A stretch of DNA of 63,360 nucleotides, filler included, from Folioceros fuciformis (lineage: Eukaryota): NCBI GenBank assembly GCA_049999805.1. It is 8 parts of 8 records of this genome, joined end to end, with 100 filler letters (N's around TTAATTAATTAA, not from the genome) between each part and the next. Parts side by side here need not be neighbours in the genome. Positions count along the whole stretch, not along the records: positions 1 to 28,220 come from JBNGIO010006191.1; 7 more parts are not named here. One strand, 5' to 3'. Below, one piece after another: positions 1 to 21,900 of the stretch (within the stretch, counting starts at the first letter, position 1; each line of letters begins with the position of its first letter). The notes below the pieces were generated by a model. That model worked only from the letters and a program-made list of their open reading frames with translations, was not told where the DNA came from and ran no database searches. The position numbers and the translations under genes were made by a program.

Positions 1-2
1 CC

Positions 3-1994
3 GCTGGCGGGCAGCAGGGCCGGAGATCGCAGGAGCAGGGCGCTGGTGGCTCGGGGCCGCAGCGGAGCCAACAGGCCCAGCAGCCGGGCCAGCAGCAGCC
101 CGGCCCGCAGGTGCCGGCGGGGATCGTGCGCGCGGCCAACCCCTGGTCGGCCCGCCGCGGGGCGCAGTCGGAGAAGGACAAGGTGTTCCGCATCGTCAAG
201 GGGATTCTCAACAAGCTCACGCCGGAGAAGTTCGATGTCCTGCTGGAGCAGATGTTGGCGGCGGGGATCGATTCGGCGGAGATACTGCAGGGCGTCATAT
301 CGCTTGTCTTCGACAAGGCGGTGCTTGAGCCCTCCTTCTGCAGCCTGTACGCGGAGTTGTGCGTCAATCTTAGCAAAGCGCTGCCGGAATTCCCCGCGGA
401 GGATCCCGGGGAGAAGCCCAGCACCTTCAGGAGGATCCTCCTCAACACTTGCCAGGAGGAGTTCGAGGGCGCCGACGCGTTGCGGAATGAGGTCAGGCAG
501 CTTGTGGCTCCCGAGCAGGAGGCGCTGCGAGCTGAAAAGGAGCGGAACGTGAAGCTGCGGACTCTGGGGAACATCAAGCTCATCGGAGAGCTCTTCAAGC
601 AGAAGATGATCCCGGAGAAGATCGTCCATGCCTGCATCAACGAGCTCCTAGGGCAAGATAGGTCCACCGTGCCTGCGGAGGAGAACGTGGAGGCTCTGTG
701 TCAGCTCATGGTCACTGTGGGGAAGCAGTTGGAGGAGAGTGTGAAGTCGCGCCAGGTGATGGATTCCTACTTCCGGGCGCTCACCGACTTCAGCAACAGC
801 GCCAAGCTGGCCTCCCGTATTCGTTTCATGTGCAGGGATGTTGTTGATCTGCGGTCTAATAAGTGGGTGCCCAGGCGGGAGGAGCTCAAGGCGAAGACCA
901 TCAATGAGATTCACACCGAGGCAGAGCAGAAGTTGGGTATCCGTCCTGGGTCTACCAGCTTCAGGAACGGGGGTCGTGGTTCTGCAGGTCCACCCGGGTC
1001 GGATTTCTTCTTCCCTCCACGAGCCGGGGGGCGGATGCCGGGGATGCCTGGCATGCCCGGCTTGCCGCCGACCGCACATGCCATGCCTGGCATCACGTCG
1101 TCTGGGTTTCCCAGCGTGGAGATGGATGGGTGGGAGATAGCTGGACGGAAGGGAAAACGGGAAGGTGTGCTGCCCCTTCCTCAGAGCAGGGCTCCCCCTG
1201 CTGCGTATTCGAGCATGCCCTCCAGGGTGCTGCCTCAGGGCAGTGGTGGGTCGTTTTTGGGTAAGACGAGTGCGTTACTGGGTAACCAAGCCCGTCCTCC
1301 CACGACTGCGCTTGCTGGTATATCTGTTCCTGACACATCTAGCTTGCGGGTGCCGGAGAGGGGGTCAGTTGGGTCAGGGCCTGTGGCTCCCCCTGCTGCG
1401 GTGCCATCTAGGGTTGAAGCTCCGGTTGCACCACCACGAGCAGCTGCTGAGGGACAGGCCCCATCGGATACCGTGTTGAGGAAGAAGACAGACTCTCTGC
1501 TGTCCGAGTACTTCTCCATTGCAGATGTCAATGAGGCTACACTGTGCGTGGAAGAGCTTCGTGCACCCTCCTGGCTTGCTACTTTTGTCGAGGTGGCCGT
1601 TTTTACAGCTTTGGAGAAAAAGGATCGGGATCGGGAGCTGCTGACCAAGCTGATCATCCACCTGAGTAGAAAAAAGACGATCTCAGGTCCTGATGTTCTC
1701 AGAGGTGTGGTGCAGGTGGCTGAGCAGCTAGATGACATTGTGATGGATATCCCCTTGGCAGGCAGGCATGTTGGAGAGCTCATCGGNNNNNNNNNNNNNN
1801 NNNNNNNNNNNNNNNNNNNNNNNNNNNNNNNNNNNNNNNNNNNNNNNNNNNNNNNNNNNNNNNNNNNNNNNNNNNNNNNNNNNNNNGGGGTAAAGCAATC
1901 ATCTATTGATATTGTCAGTGTCTTCGGTGCTGCTGACAGGGCCGCAGCGCAGAGTATTTCTGAACAAGAAGGGCTTAGTTTTCTCCTACCCTGA
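3..1994 (+). CDS. eIF(iso)4G: Eukaryotic translation initiation factor iso4G (MIF4G + MA3), 5'-partial, apparently intronless
   Basis: The frame is open from base 3. Motifs: [93 protein letters not shown], then the MA3 domain ([22 protein letters not shown]). A 100-N gap lies inside MA3. Confidence 0.93.
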   Translation, partial: AGGQQGRRSQEQGAGGSGPQRSQQAQQPGQQQPGPQVPAGIVRAANPWSARRGAQSEKDKVFRIVKGILNKLTPEKFDVLLEQMLAAGIDSAEILQGVISLVFDKAVLEPSFCSLYAELCVNLSKALPEFPAEDPGEKPSTFRRILLNTCQEEFEGADALRNEVRQLVAPEQEALRAEKERNVKLRTLGNIKLIGELFKQKMIPEKIVHACINELLGQDRSTVPAEENVEALCQLMVTVGKQLEESVKSRQVMDSYFRALTDFSNSAKLASRIRFMCRDVVDLRSNKWVPRREELKAKTINEIHTEAEQKLGIRPGSTSFRNGGRGSAGPPGSDFFFPPRAGGRMPGMPGMPGLPPTAHAMPGITSSGFPSVEMDGWEIAGRKGKREGVLPLPQSRAPPAAYSSMPSRVLPQGSGGSFLGKTSALLGNQARPPTTALAGISVPDTSSLRVPERGSVGSGPVAPPAAVPSRVEAPVAPPRAAAEGQAPSDTVLRKKTDSLLSEYFSIADVNEATLCVEELRAPSWLATFVEVAVFTALEKKDRDRELLTKLIIHLSRKKTISGPDVLRGVVQVAEQLDDIVMDIPLAGRHVGELIXXXXXXXXXXXXXXXXXXXXXXXXXXXXXXXXXXGVKQSSIDIVSVFGAADRAAAQSISEQEGLSFLLP

Positions 1995-2162
1995 ACTAGG
2001 CTTTCTTTTTCTTTTTTTTTTGGAAAGATTGAGCAAGATTTTAGACCGACATCCCTGAAATGTTGATAGGCCTGCAGAAAGAGGACGTGTAGTGAAGATA
2101 ATGTGATGGAAGTTGAACTGTAAATTAATGGTAGTAAGGTATGCTGAACCTCTCCTGGGCAA

Positions 2163-4951
2163 TTAACCCTTGAAGGGACTGAAGCTGAAAGAAACTTGTT
2201 CAACCATGTTGGTATGAGCCTGAGAAGAGGGTAGAGGGAGTAGGTGATCCTTGTTGGAGGGATGAGTGACCACAGGTGAGTTGGATTTGATGTTGGCCAG
2301 CTGCTTTGATTTCAGGCTGATATCCTCGTTGATAGCTTCTGTCACTTCAGAAGTGGTTTGATTTTTGGATGGGTTTGGTATATTTAACTCTATTGGAGGA
2401 ACATCAGCCTCAGCTTCTATGAAACGGCTTCTGCGAGGTGTTATGAGTTGTTCCGTATATTGCTGTCCTCTAAGATGGCTGTTATCAATATATGCAGCTT
2501 TCCTTGGCATCACCGGTCACGTGTCCTGATGGTGGATCTTCCACCTTATGATTTTTGTATATCCGCATTCTAGAGTTTGCGTGTCGATCATTGTGTATAG
2601 ACCGCGGGGTGGCTTGTGTATTGTTGTTTTGGCCGCCATTGGTGGCTCCCCTCTTAAGTTCATTGTGCCTGGAAAACTCTCGTGACCGTGGAGGCATGAG
2701 TGATCCACAAAACGCCCAGTCAATCTGAAGGATTGGCTCACCTCACGTGATGCCGCGAAGGGGATGTTCTAAACTTAAGTCGACACGCGTAGTCTCTTCC
2801 CGAAATCAATTTTAATCAGCCGGCACGATTGCGTGCCCTGTCCTCGAAGCCTCTTAGTTAGGCCGATCCACTGGACCCAGTATTCTTCCAAGCCTGGACT
2901 TGACAGAATCCAGATCATCCGGGCCTTCAGATTGGGAAGACTGTCGGAGCTGTTGAAAAGCGTGGACGCACCTCTCTTGCAAGCTTGCTTGTTCACGATT
3001 AGCATAGCTGTGCAATTTAACTAGCATGTCTCCCAATTCCCTGTCGCTCATAAGTTTTTCACCAATCTTCCGCACACCCTGAAAATAATCAGACAATGAC
3101 GAACACGCTGTGACGCAGGAGCCTCGTGAGTGGCATCTTTGCAGACGGCTGGAAAACAGTACCTGGGAGTGTTCTTCGCTATACGGCACCAGGGTAGGCA
3201 CAGCACTGGAATTGATTCCTTTCCGATAGGTCTTCCTCACCGTGGTTCGCCCAGTTTCCTGCAAGCACTAAGACCCCCAGCCAATGAAACCTTAGTGGTA
3301 GGGCCACCGCTCCTTTTTGCCAGGATCATGGACTGTATTGCCAGTCTTGTGTGCTTACCTCCGCGATCGGCTCAGTATTACATTGTTTACACCTAGTCTG
3401 AAGAGCTCGTTCACTTCGTTCAACCTTTTGTTGAAGGAGATCTTTTTCGACTGTCACCTGTACATTTTAACTTGGTCAGTGGAAGCCATGTAAGAGAGCA
3501 ATAGATGAGGCGCGCCGGCCAGGATCAGTACCTTGGCCAGGTTGTGCTTCTCGGACATAAGCTCTGCAGTTAAACTGGAAACCTGAGACTTGAATGCAGA
3601 AAGCTGAGCACGGCTGAGATTCATCTCGTGCTCCTGCTTCCTACAGAGCTCCCTCAACTCTGTGGTTTCCTTGAAAGTGGCTGGGTAGGAGGCCTTCAAC
3701 GCCTTCAACTCCTCACATTGCTTGTAGTACAAGCTCTTAAGCAGCATACCTGCAGTGCGCACACTTTGCATCTGCCACATGATATTGTCAGCTGGAAAGA
3801 GGCAAATGGATCATAGAATGGAGGCCAAAGGTGTGGCGACATACTTCACTGTCTTTGGTGTCCAATTGATCCTGCAAAAGCTGCAACTCCACAGCATAAT
3901 GCTTGTTTTGCCTCAACAAATCTTCCTCGCTCCTCAGCAGTTGCGATAGCCTTCTGCTCTTGCGACCCGTCCGGGTGAGGATATCCTTCCTCGAAGGTAT
4001 TCTGTCACCGCTCCTCACCCCGGACGAAGGTCCATCCCCCGCGAGAGACAGAATTTCCTTGTGCAGGTCCGTCAGATTTCCCATGGTGTACCTGCCGATC
4101 CCATTCTCTCCATCCGACCCCGTGGTGCCTCCCTTCTGTCCTTGTGAGCTGGTAGACACCGAAACTGACACCGAGGTCGCCGAGTCCTTCCAAAACGACA
4201 CCTGCGAAGGCGGCTCCGACGCCATGCTGTTCCTCTCCGCTTCCCACTCCTCGGCCTGTGACGCAAACACCATCATATGCTTCTCCTGCAACGCATGGCC
4301 ATCTCCCATCCTCCCGGCCTCCAATTTCACGTCCTTCTTCACCTCTCCCTCACTCTGCTGCTGATCCGACGCCGGCACCGGCTTCGCCTTCCGCGGCCCT
4401 GCTTTTACAGTTTTGGAGCTCCCTCCTTCCTTTCCAGCCGGAGCCAGAGCCGCCGCCGGCTTGTACGACGAGGTCCAGGGTCTGGGACTCTCGCGCACAC
4501 TCGCGGCCTTTCCCCTGCCCGCGTGCGGCACATTCTGGTCCCCGGCTTTCCTAGCAAAAAGCGCGGGACTCCTCCCTCCCGCGTCCCCGTCCACCTCCCG
4601 CAGCGGTCGGGTCCGGAGCTCCGACAACAGCTGCTTCTGCCTGCTCAAACTGGCTCCAAGACTGTCCTCCCCCTGGCTCCCCGCTCCCAGCAGCTCCTTG
4701 GCCGGCAGCCGGTACTGCTCTCCTATCCGCCTCAGCCTCGCCTCCTCCTCCCTCTCGACAGCCCCGATCTGCAACTTCCTGAAAGACGTCTCCCACTCAC
4801 CAGCATCGGGTTGCAAGTTGGGAGACGCATTCTCGTTGTGGCTGTGGCAGGCATTGGCAGGACCCGCTTCCCCCTTGTCCTCCTGCAGCGTCCCTGTAGA
4901 CCCTCCCCTGGCTCTCTTCACGTGCCCCGTGAGCATCACTCTTGAGGCCAT
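2163..4951 (-). CDS. Unidentified multi-exon protein: long disordered N-terminal exon followed by coiled-coil exons; 3' exon structure uncertain
   Basis: The ~390-aa ORF (ATG 4951) ends in heptad-like EEDLLRQNKHYAVELQLLQDQL. Further GT-AG-bounded exons read KQCEELKALK...LMSEKHNLAK | VTVEKDLLQQKVERSERALQTR | ETGRTTVRK...EEHSQ | GVRKIGEKLMSDRELGDML. ORF 2163-2513 is a plausible last exon. Confidence 0.6.
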
Positions 4952-5194
4952 TCCCCAGCTCAACAAGAAACGTTTCCCTCACAGCCCCATTTGCCACTGC
5001 TTTCCTGCAATGAGGCCTACTGAGTTCGTAGAACAGAATCACGTCCCAGCACGCCCACTCATTTTCACACAACACACCTGCTCTCAGGAGTCTGAAAGCT
5101 CCTGCCGCAGCCGGCACCACACGAACTCTTCTTTGGCTCTTCTTTTGAATTCGAATGACAGCTTCGGTTCCTCAGGTTCGGCCGTAGCCCGTTC

Positions 5195-5310
5195 GTATGT
5201 ATGTACAAATCAGTAGGTAGGTCGTAGGTAGGTAGATACAGACATACATACATACGTACATACGTAAATACATACATACATACGTACATACATACATACA
5301 TACATACATA
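5195..5310. repeat. Compound tetranucleotide microsatellite (GTAG)n/(TACA)n
   Basis: Directly visible: tagg/gtag units followed by many taca units with tacg variants. Confidence 0.9.
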
Positions 5311-5465
5311 TTTAGGTTTGGGCTTCTCTGGGTATGGTACGGCAGGCGTGTGTTAGGGAATGTCCAGAAGAATTAATGAAGTGGGACATGTTTTGTCTTT
5401 TGTGGGCCCGTTTTTGTTTGTTCCTTTGAGCAACTAATGTGCTTGTTCCACATTTGTGGCAACCA

Positions 5466-5495
5466 GCAACGGGAATTTCAAATGTAAAGCGGGAT
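5466..5495. promoter_or_regulatory. Cluster of cell-cycle-type motifs in the divergent promoter (AACGG MSA-like, TTTCAAAT CHR-like, GCGGGA E2F-like)
   Basis: gcAACGGgaaTTTCAAATgtaaaGCGGGAt. Site II-like TGGGCY motifs occur near 5319 and 5403. The motifs are short and function is inferred. Confidence 0.35.
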
Positions 5496-5763
5496 CGGTG
5501 GCTGAGCGCGAGGGAGATTGCCCCTCAGATTGTGGAGGCGAAGACAAGTGTAGTATAACAAGCTGAAGAGTGGGTGGGCGTTGGATGTATCGAGGACAAA
5601 TCTTGGTATCTTCTGTGATGGCGGACCGTGCGGCTACACTGGAGGGCAGTTGTTGTCTTGGTGTTGACGCAACCGAGACTGCAGAGTCTCCGTGGATTGA
5701 TGAGGCAGGATCCTAAAGTTGCTGGACTGACTTGCATGGGAGGACGGGCTGACCTGCGCCACC

Positions 5764-15543
<9,780 letters not shown>

Positions 15544-15771
15544 AAGCGAGAGCTTAGTTTCAGAGAGGACACTATAGAACCTGTTGATCAGTCATCACAT
15601 TTCTGCAGCTTAGAAAGAGGAGGTTCATTACAGTTCAGAGAGGACCAGATTGTTGCAATTCTTTGAATAATACATAATGTGGGAACTTAGCAACCGTGGA
15701 GTTTTTGCCCACGTTCCTGGCCCTAACAGATATGTTCAGTCAGCTGCGTACTCACAGCCCACAACTCAACG

Positions 15772-16590
15772 CTATTGAACATGCATAGAGGACTCATACC
15801 CTGGAGGATCAAAATAGGGGTTGAAGTGACGCTGTGCCTCATCATGTCGATGCTGGGGGTACAACGGCATTTGATTCCACTGATCAAAGGCATAGCCCTC
15901 CACCGTACAAGGAACAACCCACTGCTGATTTTCCTGTGGTTTTCGTTTCTGACGCTTCTCTGGTTGCAATTCGTGTTGCTGCTGCTGCATCTGGAGATGC
16001 TGATGTTGCTGCCTTTGGCGTGAGGCTTGCTGAGCCTGGTAGTAATACTGCTGAGAAGACTCTTGGTTGGTTGGGGGCAGGGCAGCCTGGCTTGCTTCTG
16101 GCATATTGAGGAGATCCGCATGGAATTCTCTGATATGCCACTCGAACTCTGATTGTGTAAGGAAAGAATACAAACAGGAGGGAGCGCCACAGACGTACAT
16201 GCCTTCCAACACATCCATTCTCTGTATCCGCGCAACTTTCCCGTCGCATAGGTAGCACTCGGGTGCCTTCTTTGCGCAAGTTAAGCAGAAGACATGTTGA
16301 CAAGGGTCAAGCCGTCCATACACAGCGATGGGAAAATCACAGCGTATGCAGAAGTGGACCTTATTCCCAGGCATCCTGTCGGCCTTTCGTCCAATCAAGC
16401 GTACTTCAGACAATAGAGCGACCAACGAACTCGAGACACCCCTTGCCACGGGGAGCTCTGAGTTTCCTTGATCGCCAGCAGGGGACTCAACAGCAGGTGC
16501 AGCTTCTGGCAAATCATTCCCCTCTCTCATGGCTCCTCGGGCGTTGGCCACCCCTTTCCCCTTGGCAAGACGGATTGTGAGGCTCGCCAT
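15772..16590 (-). CDS. HAKAI: E3 ubiquitin ligase HAKAI homolog (m6A writer-complex subunit), single exon
   Basis: MASLTIRL N-terminus, RING KVHFCIRCDFPIAVYGRLDPCQHVFCLTCA...CYLCD, then C2H2 YVCGAPSCLYSF...FEWHIREFH and a Q-rich tail. Confidence 0.9.
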   Translation of the reverse strand: MASLTIRLAKGKGVANARGAMREGNDLPEAAPAVESPAGDQGNSELPVARGVSSSLVALLSEVRLIGRKADRMPGNKVHFCIRCDFPIAVYGRLDPCQHVFCLTCAKKAPECYLCDGKVARIQRMDVLEGMYVCGAPSCLYSFLTQSEFEWHIREFHADLLNMPEASQAALPPTNQESSQQYYYQAQQASRQRQQHQHLQMQQQQHELQPEKRQKRKPQENQQWVVPCTVEGYAFDQWNQMPLYPQHRHDEAQRHFNPYFDPPGYESSMHVQ

Positions 16591-18989
16591 CGTCGGTGCA
16601 GGCACGCAGCTAGTCTTGTCATTCACCCTGCCCTAAACCACAGGCTGGGAGCGTATTCGCAGCACAATCAAGACAAGCCCTCTCCTGAACTGTCGACAGG
16701 TGTAACCAATATGCAGGCCTATAGTCACGCCCACCTTCACCGCAGCCAAGACCAAAGCTACGCAGACATGGTGACGCAGGCTCAAGGACCTTGCCAATCT
16801 AGTCCACAAGGGAAACTACACGCCTTCCGTGCACTCTCGATTCCAATCCTTCCTAGGAGGAGACGCTGCTCCTCTTTACGTCCTCGCATTGATTAAGTGC
16901 TGTTTGCATTGTCACTTCGAGCGGATACGGATCGCCCTAGAAATGGGTGAAATTGGCTGAATCACCCACGAATTCCCGCGGGTGGCTCTTGATACCTCTA
17001 TTTATTTTTCATGGGATGATAATCATTTAATTTATCACATTTTGACAAAATTTTGACTTCAAGTTATCAAAATTGACAACTTGAAGTGACAATGTGTGGC
17101 AAAGTTTAAGCAGCTTATAACAAAGGTGTACACTTATAACTGGCTGTTTTAAGAGGCCCATTGTGATTGGTGCTTTGGAAGGCAATCAATTCATTCATAA
17201 TGACAATCCTATGTTGGTGGGATTCTAAACTCTAATTATGAACCTGGTTTTATTGATTTAGCATCATCAAATTGTTGCTTGAATTATATCGTACAAGCTT
17301 AATCTATCATAGATTTCAATGGGCAGGAAAACACTATGCCTGTGTTGTGAATTTGTTTATTTTTTTATTATAGTATTATTTATAATCTTTAATATTTACC
17401 ATAGATAGGTTCAACTAATGAAATGAACAAGCTATCATTCTATCCTCCAAATGGCCAATTTTATATCTCATATATCAAAACTTTAATTTACTAAAATTAG
17501 AATAAGAAAATTAATAAAATAATTTTATTTATGTCCACAAAGAAGGATATAAGAATTGGGACAAAAATTTTACATAGCATCATGGATATAAATTGTACAT
17601 AATAGAAAATGAAAGAAATATCATTGCCTTGTATACATACTTATATCTAATAGAGAGAAACTGAATGATTTGTGTGAAAGGTAAGGCTAAAGGAGGAAGG
17701 AAGCAAAGGCTTATAAAAAATCCAGCTGAAACTCCAATCACAGAGGAATTCAAAGAGGCCAAGGCTTAGTTAGGGATATGCATCTCAATATTTTGGGCCT
17801 TTACCTTGTTAAGCTTCATTAGGATACCATTCATCTTTGTTTCTTCTCCACTCCTACACAAGCATTTGTCTCTCCTTCATTCCTACGCTAGAATGTCCAA
17901 AGTTCACAACTTCAACACTTCTACAACTTGTATCTTGCAACAAGCCTGTCGGAGTTGTAACTTGCAAGCTTGAATCTAGCCTTTAACAATCTCCTATTCT
18001 TGCAACGAGCCTATCACAGGTGTAAGCTTCTAAAAGTAAAGCATTTGCTTCCTTTCGATTCCACAACCTACATCCACACTTTTCAAACTTCTGAAATCCA
18101 TGATTGGTTCATGCGATCTTACACATACCTTAATTGAATGGCCAACATGAGAAAACACCTTGAAGATAATTCATTTAGGAGAATACAAGCTTATAGCTGT
18201 ATTAGACACTACTGAGCTAGGTTTTTATGCTTGCTACTTAAGACATTTGCAACGCATCAAGTTAAAGATAAAATTGCTCAAGAACTACCATCTCTCAAAT
18301 CTATATGACATGTTTGCTACAAGACCTATCTAGCCAAAGGAAGGGCAACCAGTGCATTCTAGCCAAGAGAGCTAAATGATGCCTTGTTGCCACAACAATA
18401 ACACCTTCGCAAAGTTACACCCTCCTATGATGCAATGACCTGGGCATTGCACCATGAAGGGTGTACTATGGCTAACAACTTAGCTTGAGCTGAAAACCTC
18501 GAACCAATAGAAGCAAGTTGTGTGGAATGAGGGTGCTAGCAAGTAGCCTTGTCATGCATCCCACTTTGGTATCACAACTTGGCCTGGCTAATGTAAATAT
18601 CCAGCAGGGTCATGCTTGCTAGATATAATTCTCGATATCAGCATGCATTTCTTGGCATATGAGAGAGCTGATATACATAAGTTTGTATTTCAATATCAGC
18701 CCCGTTTTCTGTGAGTTTTAGACCGCTATCGAGGTGGTATTGTTGCTCCTTTAACGTCACGTGTGGCAAGAAAATATGGTCTACAAACCACGTTGCGAAG
18801 GCCTATATTATCGCCTTAACGAAGAGCTAACTTAGGAACGGAGAGATCATGTCGAAAGGGAGCCGGGAAGTAATACTACCCAATATATTTACATAAATTT
18901 TATAAACGATCATTGTCATTTATCAACCGCAGTCCAGGCACCCTGGTACGTACGAAAACCAAAGCTTCGGCAGGCCTTACGGGTTTTCG

Positions 18990-21900
18990 TCAGAATGCAC
19001 TTGTACTGTCCTCAGCGTCCTGGAAATAAGCATCTTGCAGGGCCTCCAAAGCAGAGATCCGATCGTCCTGCCGCAATTCAACTCCGATCGTCAGTTCTCA
19101 CTGGTAGACCACCAGGCACTATTAGACAGACAGACTCCCGTGGAAGACCAGAATTGTTTAACATGACTGTGAACAAAATGAAGAAACATTTCTGCAGTGA
19201 CTACATTGCCATCCAAAGTACAACAATTAAGTACCAACACCGTCACTTACGGGATACCACTCTAGAAGGCGACGAACCAGGCGCACGGCCGACACATCCG
19301 GCATCCTGCGCATTATGTTAAGGCTTCAGAATTGAAACTAGCACAATTCAATATTGCTTTACAACCACGACGATATGAGAAGGAGGGAAGACCCTATGCC
19401 CAGGGGATCGCGCTGTCTTATTTGTTCGCTGAAGGCAGCATCACTGCATTCGAATGATACAAGTCGAACATCGTCCTGCATGTGCATTCTGTCTTGAGAA
19501 ACCTGCAAGTTCTACTGCAAGAGTACAGAAATGCCATGCAGCTGGGTAGGTTGAGTGAACAGATATCATACGGTTTGGTCGACAGGATTGTCACCGTGAC
19601 GATGATGACGGTGCGGGGGTATCCCAGGTGGGAGAATACACAGCTCCATGAAAGCCCGGAGCCTGCACATGACGGACGCCACCAGGATCCATTGTATACC
19701 ACAGTGCTCGGCAGAAACATCCTGTTTGCGAGCTCCAATTTGGTAAAACGTGTCACTCAGAAACATGCCAAAGCGATTGAACAGAAGACACACATGTAAG
19801 CAGTCTCTTTAGCAGCCTGATCCCATCCTTTCAAGCGATGGTCAAGGAGCGCTCGAGTTCGCGCACTGATCTGAAACACATGGGGCGTCCCTAACACAAG
19901 CTCCAGCATCACGACTCCCACGCTCCAGATGTCATACCTTTGGATCAATTTTTACAATCAGCAATGAAGTGTAACGACAAATTGCTCCACACAACCAAGA
20001 ATGAGCCCTCATCAAATGGACGGTACCATACTAAACGAGTTAATCCGATGAGCGATAAGTGGATAGTCTTAGCTTACACATGAGCCCTGTGCGCGTGAAA
20101 GTGGATCCAGTGCCTCCCCAAAAAGGCTTCAGGAGGAGCATACTCAAGAGTCTGCTCATCTCTGCACCCCACAAGAATGTTCGGAGATGAAACATAACTG
20201 TTGCAAACTAGGACTCCAAAGCAAGTCAGTGCAGACTACTTACTGGGACGGACCCGGGCGGCCGTATAAATTATGCAGAGTGAATGGGTCAATGGCACTC
20301 CCAAAGTCAATAAGGTGCCTGGAACGATCCTCACGTTAGCACCCATTAAGCAGAAGTACAAAACCCGACGATACACTTGCTGCCACAGATCTTCCTTCAT
20401 CCAGAGCAGTGCAGTGCAACCACTCACATTGTCAGATTCGTTGGCCAGTCAGCCAGAGGCCCACCAGCAAGGCTGCTCGACTTAACAATCATATTTTCTG
20501 CAACAACATGACACGTTAGGCTACATGGATAAAGATTCAGTTAGCAATACAAATTCACACACTGCAACTGTTACCTGGCTTGATATCCCGATGCGTTATG
20601 TTGAGACTATGGCACGCATGCACAGCCAGGAGCTGCAACTCAGAGAGTGCAGTCAAGGAATAAGATGTGACTACCCATGGCAGCCCACAGATCTCATTGA
20701 GAGGGGTACAGAAAACAAAACACTATGGCTTCAGTACGTTTACAACCACAGTGTACCAGGTTCCACGCACCAATTGTCTTAAAAGGTTGCGCATCTCCGT
20801 GCGCCCAACATCAGTAGTCTTCAACCAATGCCACCATGGTGATGGCTTTAGCACATTAAACCCACTAAAATGTCCCTCTTCCATGTAAGTAGATGATGTA
20901 TCTGCGACATACAAGAGCCTTGAAAGCGATTGGCCCTCATTCCGGAACACCAACCACAGTTCATTGCCGGTTGGCCTTTCGAAGGCTTCTATGTACCGTG
21001 CCACATGTCCCAATCCTTCGTCCCTCCACTTCTGATAATCACTTTGCTGATTCATGTCAACATCTGGACAGAAAGGCAAGGCCTTAACTTTCCATGATCA
21101 GAGCATTCTTACGAACATGACCTGCACTTCCCAGATGACTGCTACCTGAAGCTCTCTGGGATTGCTCCTTCCCCAGAGTTCTAGAGGAATTTAGGAATAG
21201 CTCGCCAAAGTACTTCTCACGATATCCACTCAGAACGGTACTGCCACCTTTTTCCACCTGCTCATCAAATAAAGTAGAACTTAGTGTGCAAAGTGCCTGC
21301 ACGATTTCCTTCACCAAGTTCATTGGACACCAAGGAAATCCTAGTAGAATTCAATACGTAAAGGGACAACAATTATACAAGGTATAGCTACCACAAGAAG
21401 AGTTAGAAGGGGTAGCCATACTAATATACGTTTGAAGATGAAGGTCTCTGCCTTATCGAGACACAAAGCATCCCCGCAGATGCTAAAGTAGTTTTCCTCT
21501 GTGTTGCTACTGCCGCTTGAATGATTGCATGCCTTCTCCGGATGAAGCAAGTTGAAGGACCCAGGCTCCTCTGCCCCCGTGAGGCATTCTCTGCTAACAC
21601 CCAGCCAGATCTCCCCAAACGCTCCTTTTGCAATATTCCTTTTCAGCAGATATCTGGACAAACCACCGGAAAGTCAACGGATTCTAGCAGTGTCATTAAC
21701 GATCCACAGCATGAGCTGTCAGTATAGCATACTCTCTACCTATGGTGATGAACCATATATGGAGGTAGCATAGACGACTCGGTTTGTCTCCCTGGCATGG
21801 ACTCCCTCTCAGAAGCTGGCAAGCTGAGAGTATCAACAGGTACGGATCCGATCAAACTTAAATACTGTGACAATCCTTTGGGCCTGAGGCAAACTTCCTT

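Noticed and set aside
1235-5216. Long antisense/overlapping ORFs (1235-2203, 4277-4945, 4413-5216)
   Set aside because: Shadow frames of GC-rich real coding sequence.
16900-18950. AT-rich intergenic block with a PBS-like GGTATCAAGAGC (minus strand, ~16985-16996)
   Set aside because: No adjacent LTR terminus, TIRs or coding homology that I can support; at most a very old TE relic.
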